Virus record (IMG/VR): IMGVR_UViG_3300011339_000604
Coordinates: 1 to 24,734 of that record
DNA: 24,734 nucleotides
DNA from: a virus
Lineage: Duplodnaviria; Caudoviricetes
Reading direction: 5' to 3' (one strand)
How positions within the stretch are numbered: position 1 is the stretch's first letter; each line of letters opens with the position of its first letter. The position numbers and the translations under genes were made by a program. Under the pieces are notes generated by a model, which was not told the DNA's origin, ran no database searches, and saw only the letters and a program-made list of their open reading frames with translations. This document shows positions 1-9,103 of the stretch, piece by piece.

Positions 1-2
1 AC

Positions 3-434
3 ATCGAGGCAAGCATTCAAGCCGAGAAAGATAAACTCAACGCCATCACCAACAATGTAGCCAAGATGTTAGGTAGGCACGTTGCACGGCTTGAATGGCT
101 GGAGGCTCAGTACAACGCCCAGCTGCAAGACTATGCAATTAGCCAACTACCGCGCAAGGCTGACGGAAGCCTGAAGGGTAAGACCTGGACGTGCCCATTC
201 GGATCTATTGGCTTCCGTACGGTTGCCCCACGGGTAGCCGTGGAGTCTGAAGATACAGCGCTGGCATGGGCGCGCAAGAACTGCCCGGCTGCCATCAAGC
301 TCAAAGAATCCATCTTGGTTAGCCAACTACCAGAGCCGATTAAGAGCGCCATGCTTGAGCATCCAGCGGATGCGCTGAAGGCTGGATTTGTGGTTCATCC
401 GGAAGCGCAAGCAGTCACCATCAAGACGGTTTGA
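3..434 (+). CDS. Mu Gam-like host-nuclease inhibitor / DNA end-binding protein (5'-truncated by the window edge)
   Basis: The frame is open from position 3 (IEASIQAEKDKLNAITNNVAKML...). An N-terminal coiled coil is followed by KGKTWTCPFGSIGFRT and a C-terminal GFVVHPE..VTIK, resembling the Gam family. Confidence 0.7.
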   Translation: MEASIQAEKDKLNAITNNVAKMLGRHVARLEWLEAQYNAQLQDYAISQLPRKADGSLKGKTWTCPFGSIGFRTVAPRVAVESEDTALAWARKNCPAAIKLKESILVSQLPEPIKSAMLEHPADALKAGFVVHPEAQAVTIKTV

Positions 435-492
435 CAATCTATACCCACATGGTGTATACACTGTGTGGGTATAACTACCCAAAGGAGATAAG
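431..492 (+). promoter_or_regulatory. Sigma70-like promoter with an overlapping 34-bp palindromic operator and an RBS
   Basis: TTGACA at 431-436 overlaps the upstream stop. Candidate -10 is TATACA (455-460, 18-nt spacer) or TACACT (457-462). Inverted repeat at 440-473. AAGGAG precedes ATG 495. Confidence 0.6.
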
Positions 493-494
493 TA

Positions 495-1163
495 ATGGGA
501 GCAAAGCATACGACTGATAGAGAAAAACAACTCTTTCAGCATTTAGTTTCTACCGGGTTGTCTGTGCGGAATGTATCAAGGCTTACTGGCCGTAGTCATG
601 CCTGTATTACAGATAACCTTACCGACGTGGTACCTACTGCAAATCAAACACATATGACTGAAGAACAAATGTTTTCAGTCTTTGAAAAAGATGCTCAGAA
701 CATTCCGTGTGCTGACATTGCAAGGCAAATCAATAAACCACACTCAACGGTTTATAAAGTCATACGCCGCATTTATCCAAAGCAACAAAGAGCCTATGCA
801 AAATGGCTTGAGTTACAAAAGCAAGCGGAAGCACCGGTTACCCCAGTTGTTCCTCCTGCACTTGCAGCCATACGGGCTGCTCGTGAGGCTGGTCGGATAG
901 CAACACTAAAGCAAGAAGATGAATCACCGGCTCTTGTTATGGAAGTGCAGACGGTTGAAAACAAACCATGTGATTGCGATTGTAACTTTACTGATTCAAA
1001 GATATGTCAGGCAATGAGTTCTTCGATTGATCATCATAGAAAGCTGGTTGCTGAATACAAGGAAACAATCACGAAACAAAATACAACGATAGCAGAGCTG
1101 AAGGAAATCAACGCCATACTAAAGAGCTACGTCAAACACCTGCAAATACTAAACGACCGATAG
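495..1163 (+). CDS. Putative DNA-binding protein: two HTH-like motifs plus a C-terminal coiled coil
   Basis: GLSVRNVSRLTGRSHACI and IPCADIARQINKPHSTVYKVIRR are HTH-like, followed by a CDCDC motif and a heptad-rich C-terminus. Strong RBS. Confidence 0.6.
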   Translation: MGAKHTTDREKQLFQHLVSTGLSVRNVSRLTGRSHACITDNLTDVVPTANQTHMTEEQMFSVFEKDAQNIPCADIARQINKPHSTVYKVIRRIYPKQQRAYAKWLELQKQAEAPVTPVVPPALAAIRAAREAGRIATLKQEDESPALVMEVQTVENKPCDCDCNFTDSKICQAMSSSIDHHRKLVAEYKETITKQNTTIAELKEINAILKSYVKHLQILNDR

Positions 1164-1225
1164 GGTAGAATCTGTTACCCGCAAGGGAAACCAAAACAAC
1201 TATTGGATGCTGAACTGATGGAAGG

Positions 1226-1255
1226 AGACCCGATCTAAACAATCGGGTCTTTTTT
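1226..1255 (+). terminator. Intrinsic terminator
   Basis: Perfect 9-bp stem AGACCCGAT/ATCGGGTCT with a 7-nt loop and a T run. Sits at the convergence of the + and - strand genes. Confidence 0.85.
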
Positions 1256-1258
1256 CGT

Positions 1259-1795
1259 CTACCAGTCGATGTGTACAAAGCCGCCGTTGCTTCCTAGCTC
1301 GCGCCATGCTCTGGCCTTCCTGTAGACCCCGTCACCCTCCCGCGTTACTGCATCTTCATCTTCCATCTCTGGACTTGTGTTACCCTCAACGGTCTTGACA
1401 CCCCAAGGAAATACGCCTATCACAATGCCGATATGAGCAAGCCGGTTCAGCGGGGCAAACCAAAAGCAGCACAGGTCACCGATGCGTACTTTGGTTTGAT
1501 CGGCTTCCGCATCCTTTACGGATAGCCAGTTACCTGTACGCCTGGCCCAGTTGCCATGATCGGGACAGTAAGCCGAGCGTGGCCAGTCAAGGGGGATGCT
1601 TAGGGCTAGGTCATGAGCTGCATTACGCAACCGATAGACCACAAAGGCGGCACACCAAGGGCTGCCGGGTGGCACGGGTGGAACCGTCGAGGCTTGGTAG
1701 GTCTCTACTGCCTTGCCCCTGTTGTCCCCGGTCTCCTGCACACCGACATTATCTAACGCTTCCTTAGCAGCTCTTAAAGCAATCGGTCTTGTCAT
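1259..1795 (-). CDS. CHAP-domain peptidoglycan hydrolase (endolysin)
   Basis: PWCAAFV (catalytic Cys), GD..F, HIGIV (His) and VEGNT motifs. AAGGAG upstream. Confidence 0.85.
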   Translation of the reverse strand: MTRPIALRAAKEALDNVGVQETGDNRGKAVETYQASTVPPVPPGSPWCAAFVVYRLRNAAHDLALSIPLDWPRSAYCPDHGNWARRTGNWLSVKDAEADQTKVRIGDLCCFWFAPLNRLAHIGIVIGVFPWGVKTVEGNTSPEMEDEDAVTREGDGVYRKARAWRELGSNGGFVHIDW

Positions 1796-1886
1796 GGTGG
1801 TATATTCTCCTTGTCGATCTTATCTCCCGACACGCTGGGCAGTCTCCCGGTTGCTGTTTCCTCATCTGCCCAGCACCCTTCTTCCT

Positions 1887-4802
1887 TTAGGCGAATGTCT
1901 CGCCATCATCGACACTAACCAGCTGCGTGATACCTGCCGCTGTGTCATGGTAGTAAAGGTACCAGTTACCAAGCCTCCAGCTAATAGCCGTTTGGTCGTT
2001 CTGTACACCACTGGCTACCACCGCAGATGATGCCGTAATGACGTTACCTTGCGGATCATAGATAACCCTGTGGAGGTCGCTGCCTGTATGCCGGAAGCAA
2101 ACGATACGCTTACCCATGGGGTTGATTCCCACGCTTACGTGTGTCCCTTCTGCACTTACTACTGTTGCCATTGATACGGTTGCTCCTTCGTCATCGGTGT
2201 AGTAGGAATCAATCCCTCCACCTGATTGTTTCTCAACCAAGATATACAACCTGCCGGATGCGCTCGTAGGGTCGTAGGCAATGGCCACGCAGTCAACCTC
2301 AGTTATAGGTGTAGTCACCTCGACAAAGTTGCTAGCGTTCGGACCATCGGCAAAGTGTAGCACCACGGTATGTGATTCCACATTGGCATAGCAAAGCCGT
2401 TGGTTCGGAGCTACATCAACTGACAGACAACCACCTGCAGCCGTCAACGCACGGAACCAAGACCGGAAGCGGTGCGATGTATGCAGCGGATCTATACCGA
2501 TATTGTTGCTACCCTGAATGGCATCGTGGTTGCTTTCGCCAAGCCCCCAGGGAGTGCTAGTGTAATACCGTCCCTCGGCATCTAGGCTGCTATCCGTACC
2601 ACGGTTGGCGCTCGTGGTAGCAAGGAGCAGGTCTACCGTACCGGATGCGGCAGGGTCTCCAGCGCTGTCTAAGATGGCACCGTGAGCGATGCCCCTGAGC
2701 AAACTTCCACCCGCCAAGTATAGCCCCGCTTCGGTGCCACCGTTGACATCGAACGGGTCATTTAGATCCGGTGGAAAGTTGCCATTGATACGGTCAAAGA
2801 GCGTCTGAGCTGTAATGGTGCCAGCCGCTAGTTGATGCCCGTAAGCAAAGTCTGTACCGGTTGTAGCGTGTGGCGTGGCAAGGATACCGCCGCCCCTCAG
2901 CCATGTCGAATAGCCTGTAACGCCGTTGAGGAAACAATCCCGCAGTGGTGGTTGGCTTACCGTACAAGTAGCACCAGCCGGATAGGCAACAGAGTTCGTA
3001 GCCGCCCAGCCGGGATGCCGAACAATGCTATTATCGGATGCGTTGATTTGGTCGCATAGCTCGCTGATGGTTACCGGGTCAACGCTGTAGGTTGTAACCC
3101 CGGTAGCACCGCCGACCGTCTTCTGCCACCAAACATCAGACTCTTCCTCGGTTCTTCCATCGCGATCCTGTTGCCAGAAACGTCTACCGTAGTAGTAGGT
3201 GGTTGTGCCTACCTCTGCAACGATTGCCGGTGTGATTCGCTCAAATTGCGCTGTGAAGGTATCCGGTACGTAAGTAGAATCGGTGTTGGTGTAGGTTAGG
3301 GTTGTTGTACCGATGTCAATAGATCCGCTAGACACCCGTAGTCGCTGGCATGACGTGATGCCCCAGTAAGCCGTATCAACAGACTCACTACCGGCGTAGC
3401 TGCTGGATGTCGTATTCTTCCGAGGGTACGGATTATCCTTGTCTTCGGTTGCCGGTAAGGCACCAAGGCTCCATATGTCAGGGCTGCAAAGGTCAAGGGT
3501 TACGGTGCTGTAGGAGGTCGTAGGCGCCACAACCTGCCATCTTTTCCAGTTGCCGTGGTAATCGGTCAGTTCGATGGTTCCGGAGGCGTTAGTGCCTGAT
3601 TGCGCCTTGATCTGGATTTGCAGGTAACGGTAACCGCTCATGCCTTGGTATGGTGCGTAGGTTCTATCGTTACCTGTACCGGCTATGCTTCGGTTGTTAG
3701 TCTCGGCTATGCTCCAGCCGTTGAAGCGCCAACCTCGGAATAACACTCGGTTGTCCGTGCTACTGTCTCCGTTGGTTGTCAAGCTAGCAGAGGTAAGTTC
3801 CGCATTGATGTATGGCGGTACACCATTCAATGCAGTGGTTAGGTTACTGCTACCGGATGATGTAACAATGGTGGATGCAAAAGAATATTTGTAGAGAGTA
3901 TCTGAACCGCTTATTGATCCGGTTCCTGTTATGTCCCTATAGCCTAGGGTTTCATAATCAAACCCTGTCACACGCATTGTTAGGCTATCCGGGTAGGCTC
4001 CCTCCCAAGCACGTATCCTACTCGTGAGGCTCACAGGAGCGGCTAATCTTGCCGATGATGTCAGGTTAACCGTAGTCTGCTCGGTTGCATATGATGTTCC
4101 ACTTGTTGACCAGTTCCCAGCGGTTTGTCTGTCGTAAGAATGAGAATGTGTTGCTTGATATGGAGTGACACCATTCACCTTTATATTTGTGATTGATGCG
4201 GATGCTGTGCCTGTATCTTCGCAGGTCTGTTGTAGCCCTGCGGTGAAGTCATGGGTGGCAGTTGCACCACCACCCGCTCCAACCGTCCCTGTGGCTGTTG
4301 TAGAGGTTCCTGCAAGGGTTAGGGTAGCTGTACAAGTTGCCGATGGTTTTGCTTGTTCGTAGACTTCGTAAGTTGTATACGGTGGAAACTGCGTTGGTGC
4401 TGAACTTATAGAATATGCCGCCTCACTTATGTTCCATAGTATGTTCGTGTTTACACTTGCCGACCAACTCCCTGTGATTGTTCCAGATATATCAAGATAA
4501 TCAACAGTAGGTGTGCCAGATGCAACCACGATCGTATTACTTGCCGTTTGCCCGTTACCATTTGAGACGCTTACGGACAAAAGGATTTGATATGACCATG
4601 GGTTCCCTGGACGGGCTCTAGGCGTGTTGGTCATACTCATTGACCATGTCCCAGACCATCCCATATGACCATCAACCGAACCGTCAACCTTACCAACTTG
4701 GAGAATAAAAGGAATCAAGTTAGTAGGGTATACAGTCCATGTCCAATCAATCGAAATATCAGCCGCACTGGTCGCAGTACGGCTTATGTCAAGGTATGGC
4801 AT
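1887..4802 (-). CDS. Large minor tail / receptor-binding protein (971 aa) with a C-terminal Asp-box beta-propeller-like region
   Basis: Thr/Ser/Gly-rich beta-type sequence and last gene of the tail module. Asp-box-like YTDDEGAT and SVDDGETF. Confidence 0.6.
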   Translation of the reverse strand: MPYLDISRTATSAADISIDWTWTVYPTNLIPFILQVGKVDGSVDGHMGWSGTWSMSMTNTPRARPGNPWSYQILLSVSVSNGNGQTASNTIVVASGTPTVDYLDISGTITGSWSASVNTNILWNISEAAYSISSAPTQFPPYTTYEVYEQAKPSATCTATLTLAGTSTTATGTVGAGGGATATHDFTAGLQQTCEDTGTASASITNIKVNGVTPYQATHSHSYDRQTAGNWSTSGTSYATEQTTVNLTSSARLAAPVSLTSRIRAWEGAYPDSLTMRVTGFDYETLGYRDITGTGSISGSDTLYKYSFASTIVTSSGSSNLTTALNGVPPYINAELTSASLTTNGDSSTDNRVLFRGWRFNGWSIAETNNRSIAGTGNDRTYAPYQGMSGYRYLQIQIKAQSGTNASGTIELTDYHGNWKRWQVVAPTTSYSTVTLDLCSPDIWSLGALPATEDKDNPYPRKNTTSSSYAGSESVDTAYWGITSCQRLRVSSGSIDIGTTTLTYTNTDSTYVPDTFTAQFERITPAIVAEVGTTTYYYGRRFWQQDRDGRTEEESDVWWQKTVGGATGVTTYSVDPVTISELCDQINASDNSIVRHPGWAATNSVAYPAGATCTVSQPPLRDCFLNGVTGYSTWLRGGGILATPHATTGTDFAYGHQLAAGTITAQTLFDRINGNFPPDLNDPFDVNGGTEAGLYLAGGSLLRGIAHGAILDSAGDPAASGTVDLLLATTSANRGTDSSLDAEGRYYTSTPWGLGESNHDAIQGSNNIGIDPLHTSHRFRSWFRALTAAGGCLSVDVAPNQRLCYANVESHTVVLHFADGPNASNFVEVTTPITEVDCVAIAYDPTSASGRLYILVEKQSGGGIDSYYTDDEGATVSMATVVSAEGTHVSVGINPMGKRIVCFRHTGSDLHRVIYDPQGNVITASSAVVASGVQNDQTAISWRLGNWYLYYHDTAAGITQLVSVDDGETFA

Positions 4803-4804
4803 GG

Positions 4805-7018
4805 CTAGACTTTCTGCCCACGATACACGGCTTTACGTACACTGAAGCCTGATGTCTGCTCGGTTACAAAGTCAATCGACGGGATACCGATAATACGGTA
4901 GTCACCCTTTGTGGTTGTGCCGTCAGGCTCCATAATCCGAACAACATCACCAAGCCAGAGCGGTCGGTTATTACTGCTCAACACCAAGAAATCAGACTCC
5001 CACTCAATAAGAATACGACCTGTTGTCAAACGCTCATAAAGGATGTCGCAAGCAGCATCAACAGCATCCTGTGTCGTTAGGGTTGGGTCACGCAGTTGGT
5101 ACGGTACTGGTCGGCCTCTCCAGTTGTAAGGCCTTGACGCTGGTGCAGTGCTTGCAGTTTCCGCAGCTGAATCAACTCGGCTCTTAGTGATGAATAGGCC
5201 GGTTGCTGGGTCTTGTCCTACAACCTGTACCTGTGTTGCTTCTGGTGTCTCGTAGTGGCTTGACATAGCCCGTACAACACGCTTAGGACGTAGTACTTCA
5301 GTAACACCAGCGGTTGTTGCAGCTGCGATGCTTTGGTAAAGGGTAATCGCTGGAGTGGTTGTAGCCAGTGCCGGGTCAATCCAATAATAAATGTAACCAC
5401 TTAGGCTCGGCATCCAGCCGGTGATGTAGTTAGCGGCATAGTCATTCTTGAGTTTGTCAAGGTAACCACCAACCGTGTCGAAATAGTCAGGAGCCAAGGC
5501 ATACTGACCCTTTGAAATGTTAGGGCTGTAAGGCAAGTCAATAGATGGAAAGTCACCGGCAGCGTAAGGGCCTGAAGAATCCGGATACCCTGCAATTTCT
5601 AGCAAGTCAAAAATAGTATTGCTAAAAAGTAAGCCATCATAAGGGTAAGACTCTACGATGTACGCTAGGTCAAAATCACGGCTACGATCTTGCCCGGCAT
5701 AGACAAAGACCGACCAGTCCCTCGTCGTATCGCCTTGCTCGTATGTAATCTCTGGTGGTGTAAGGGTGCCACGAAATATATCAATGTATGCAGGTGTAGG
5801 CGTTGCTCCATTGCTCAAAGCAATCCGGATGGGTCGGTCTGATGTAATCTGTGGTTGGCCTACTCCGGCATCCGTGATGGGCTTCCTACGAGTTGTAAGT
5901 GAGCAAGTAGCCCTACCATCATCGTCTACGCTGATACTCACCCGCTCAACATCGCAGGTAATGTCTACCGGATCATCAGCGGTTGAACCAGGATCAGGTT
6001 GATAAACCATATCCAGTTCGTAGAATCCAAGTGTAGCTGCACCTGTTGCGCTTGTAAGGCTTACCTTTGCCCGTACGTTAGTGATGACACCATTCGGCGT
6101 GTATGCGGTCAGGTCATCTTTTACCACGCTGTAGGAAGCCGATGCAGTGCCAGTACCTATCTGGTCATATGCATAGGTATTATAAAATGTTGCACCAGTT
6201 GGAGGTGCATAACGTAACTTTTTGACTGGTGAAACACCGTAACCTGAAGTAGTAAATTGCAACTTTGCCAACTGCACAGATGCTTGCCCAGCAGGTACCA
6301 ACCAAGAGAACGCGGCGGCAGGTGTGATCGTATTACTGGTCAATGCGGACAGGTCACCAAAGACATGACTAAAAGCCAAGCCGTTAGATGCAACCACGAC
6401 AAGCTCCCGCCGTCGGCAGGGAATCATCATAATGGTGATGAACTGGGAGTTTACCGAGGATAGAAAAGCAACGTTAGCAGTTGGTGCTATGTTGGAATCA
6501 TTCTTTTGATAACTACCAACCAACACGCCAGACTTGTACACCTGTGCGCTTCCGTTAGCCCCAAACCAAACCTCTACAGAGCCAGCCGAACCAACGCCCC
6601 ACCCTGCCTTTAGAATCGTGCTATCGTCCGAATCCTTTAGCCCCGGTACATAGAGTGAAAGATAGGCTGATTGGTTAGCACTCCATGCCGTGGTAAGCGT
6701 AGCCCGCTCAGTAACGTTCAATGATTGGAGGTAATAATCACCTGATGCTTTGATCTGCATCTGTTTCCACGATGCTGCCGTTGGTAAGGTGTAGTCGGTC
6801 TTTTGGAATCTGGCATAGTTACCAGCAAAGGTTGTACGCCATGCAGCCGTAGTTGGTAGTGGAGCGAGCATCAAGGTTAGGGTAGTAGGGTCAAGCCATA
6901 CACCGCTACTCTTGGCTAAGTCCCATGTAGTACCGTCAGCTGCAACAACCAACCTGCCCTTCTGTGGGCGTGGTTCTGGGCAGTCTACTTCGATCAATAA
7001 AGGCCAAGCGTTCGCCAT
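4805..7018 (-). CDS. Minor tail protein, baseplate hub/Tal-like (737 aa)
   Basis: Directly after the tape measure gene. The C-terminus (VQVVG...LTTQDAVDAAC...PLWLGDVVRI) resembles tail hub proteins. Confidence 0.6.
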   Translation of the reverse strand: MANAWPLLIEVDCPEPRPQKGRLVVAADGTTWDLAKSSGVWLDPTTLTLMLAPLPTTAAWRTTFAGNYARFQKTDYTLPTAASWKQMQIKASGDYYLQSLNVTERATLTTAWSANQSAYLSLYVPGLKDSDDSTILKAGWGVGSAGSVEVWFGANGSAQVYKSGVLVGSYQKNDSNIAPTANVAFLSSVNSQFITIMMIPCRRRELVVVASNGLAFSHVFGDLSALTSNTITPAAAFSWLVPAGQASVQLAKLQFTTSGYGVSPVKKLRYAPPTGATFYNTYAYDQIGTGTASASYSVVKDDLTAYTPNGVITNVRAKVSLTSATGAATLGFYELDMVYQPDPGSTADDPVDITCDVERVSISVDDDGRATCSLTTRRKPITDAGVGQPQITSDRPIRIALSNGATPTPAYIDIFRGTLTPPEITYEQGDTTRDWSVFVYAGQDRSRDFDLAYIVESYPYDGLLFSNTIFDLLEIAGYPDSSGPYAAGDFPSIDLPYSPNISKGQYALAPDYFDTVGGYLDKLKNDYAANYITGWMPSLSGYIYYWIDPALATTTPAITLYQSIAAATTAGVTEVLRPKRVVRAMSSHYETPEATQVQVVGQDPATGLFITKSRVDSAAETASTAPASRPYNWRGRPVPYQLRDPTLTTQDAVDAACDILYERLTTGRILIEWESDFLVLSSNNRPLWLGDVVRIMEPDGTTTKGDYRIIGIPSIDFVTEQTSGFSVRKAVYRGQKV

Positions 7019-8544
7019 CAGAACCTCTTCATAATTCCGGGCGTACCGTTGCGCCTTGCTTCGTCACGGATAACAGATCGCACTGCTCGTTCTAACTCAG
7101 TACCGGCAGGTATCAAGCCACGGTTACCACCGCCCATAAAATCACCAAACCTAAAAGGCCCGCCATTACCACCAGCCATCTCGGCAGCGGTAACGCCCAT
7201 CTGTCCAAGTTGCCCACCACCAAGCGTCTCACGGCGTAGGGTTAGAGCTTCAGCGGTGGTTTTAGTATTGTTTGCAATCTGACCAAGCAAAGAAGACACC
7301 GGGCTAGATGTACCGGCGTTTTCTTTGATGCCTCCAAAATTCAAACCAGCGGGTAATCCTTGTGGACCATAAGCAGCCATAATCTGTTGAAAATAACGCT
7401 CGGCAGTTGCAGCCATATCTACATTGTTCATCTTGGTTTGACCAAGAGTAGCAGATGCAGCGCCGACACCCTTGGCTACACCTATGGTTGTTTCATTGAC
7501 ACCAGAGAACGGAATCAATGCTAAGTTTTCAAGTACACCTATGGTTAGATCGTTGATACCACTTACGATGCTATTCTTGATTGATTGCACCGCATTTTCA
7601 ACGGTAGGAACAATGTCACTAAAGAATGCAAGAATGTTAGCTGCCATCCGTGCAAAGCCTTCAGCGAATCCACCACCACCACCCAACGTCCTAAATAATT
7701 TGTCTAGTGTCTCTTGAATCACACCGCTATTACCGATGGCTGTTAGCACGTTACCGAGTTCCTGCGCTAACCTTCCGACCTGATCTATAAGGCGCTCTGC
7801 ACCACCACTTGATGCACCAAAGATGTCAAGGATGCCTCTACCGATAGGAAGGAAAGCTCGCTCTATTGCATCCTGTAGGTTTTCAAACGTTGTAATCGCA
7901 CCGCCGGTAGCCTTTGGCAGTTGCTCCATCGCACTAATGATTCTTGTGATTGCATCGTTTGCCGATAATCCCATCTTCTGAATGGCTTCGGTTGATGCCG
8001 TACCGAATGCAGTAACCAGTGCTTGACGTACCTGTGGAACACGCTCGGCAATCTGATTGATTTCTTCAGCAGATATCTGACCCTTGGATGCAATCTGACC
8101 AAGTGCAAGAATGACACCGTCCAGTTCAGATTTGCCACGACCTACCAAAGCAAGAGCATTACCAAAAGCCATCAATGCACGTTCTGAAGTCTGAGCGGAT
8201 ATGCCAGCCGCTTCCAACTGTAGAACACCTGCACGGACTTCTTTTAGCCCTAAGCCTGGGAGTTTCGCAATCTCTTGTAGTCTTGCTAATTGTGCTTGCA
8301 ATTCTTCAGCATTACGGGAGTATGCAGCCAAACCACGCACTTGTGAATCATAGGCTTTAGCGGCTTCTATTCCTGTCACGGTTGCGAAGCTCGCCTGCGC
8401 TACTTCAAATAAACGGGTAGCATCAGCAGCTGTTCGGATTGCTTCACCAACGGAACGGGCAGATGTTCCTACACGCTGTAAGGCACGGACAGCAGCAGCC
8501 TCGCCTATGACCGATATCTTGGCTGTGAGTTCTGCTACTGTCAT
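7018..8544 (-). CDS. Tail tape measure protein (508 aa)
   Basis: Ala/Gly-rich helical protein with the tape-measure domain motif ALGQIASKGQISAEEINQIAERVP. Follows the tail chaperone genes. GGAGG RBS. Confidence 0.9.
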   Translation of the reverse strand: MTVAELTAKISVIGEAAAVRALQRVGTSARSVGEAIRTAADATRLFEVAQASFATVTGIEAAKAYDSQVRGLAAYSRNAEELQAQLARLQEIAKLPGLGLKEVRAGVLQLEAAGISAQTSERALMAFGNALALVGRGKSELDGVILALGQIASKGQISAEEINQIAERVPQVRQALVTAFGTASTEAIQKMGLSANDAITRIISAMEQLPKATGGAITTFENLQDAIERAFLPIGRGILDIFGASSGGAERLIDQVGRLAQELGNVLTAIGNSGVIQETLDKLFRTLGGGGGFAEGFARMAANILAFFSDIVPTVENAVQSIKNSIVSGINDLTIGVLENLALIPFSGVNETTIGVAKGVGAASATLGQTKMNNVDMAATAERYFQQIMAAYGPQGLPAGLNFGGIKENAGTSSPVSSLLGQIANNTKTTAEALTLRRETLGGGQLGQMGVTAAEMAGGNGGPFRFGDFMGGGNRGLIPAGTELERAVRSVIRDEARRNGTPGIMKRF

Positions 8545-8718
8545 CTATCTGCCTCCAAACAATGCGCTAACCATCTCGACCTGTTGCTTTTCTATCTCTT
8601 GTCCTATCATCGCAACTTCTGCGATTTGGTCAAGCGTTAGATCGGTCTCTGATGGATGCCGGTTGAGATACTTCACGGTGTAGTAAGCAACCTGACTTGC
8701 TACACCTCTAAGGCGTTT
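8545..8718 (-). CDS. Tail assembly chaperone -1 frameshift extension (gpT-like part of gpGT); missed by the ORF track
   Basis: The -1 frame from A AAA AAC (8721-8715) reads KRLRGVASQVAYYTVKYLNRHPSETDLTLDQIAEVAMIGQEIEKQQVEMVSALFGGR*. Its stop abuts the TMP ATG. Confidence 0.85.
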   Translation of the reverse strand, partial: KRLRGVASQVAYYTVKYLNRHPSETDLTLDQIAEVAMIGQEIEKQQVEMVSALFGGR

Positions 8719-9092
8719 TTTGCTTCTTTTACCCTGCCCTGAAGGTCATCGGTCGGGTACCAAGAAATGAACTCCCCAAGGATTCTAAAGAAGGTTTGTT
8801 TACTGGTACGCGCCAGATTACCAAAAGCCCGCAGTGGTGATTCTTCTAAGCTATCCGCAGGGTCTGCCACATAGCAACGACCAAGCAAGTAGATCTGATA
8901 AAGCATCGCTTCGGGAAACTCGGCAAATGCTACACGCAGTGATCCAAGTTCTTTAGCATCAGGGAAGAGGTCTGCCGCCTTCGGTTCACGGAAGCGGAGT
9001 TCTGCGCCGTCACCAGCGACATCGGACAGGTCTACGGTAAGTAGACCCTTGTCCGTGTCTTTAGGGATTTGTTTTAGGGATTGAAGTGCCAT
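8700..9092 (-). CDS. Tail assembly chaperone (gpG-like)
   Basis: Lies between the tail tube and TMP genes. ELRFREP motif. Slippery heptamer near the 3' end. Confidence 0.85.
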   Translation of the reverse strand: MALQSLKQIPKDTDKGLLTVDLSDVAGDGAELRFREPKAADLFPDAKELGSLRVAFAEFPEAMLYQIYLLGRCYVADPADSLEESPLRAFGNLARTSKQTFFRILGEFISWYPTDDLQGRVKEAKNALEV

Positions 9093-9103
9093 GGCTTAGT
9101 GTA

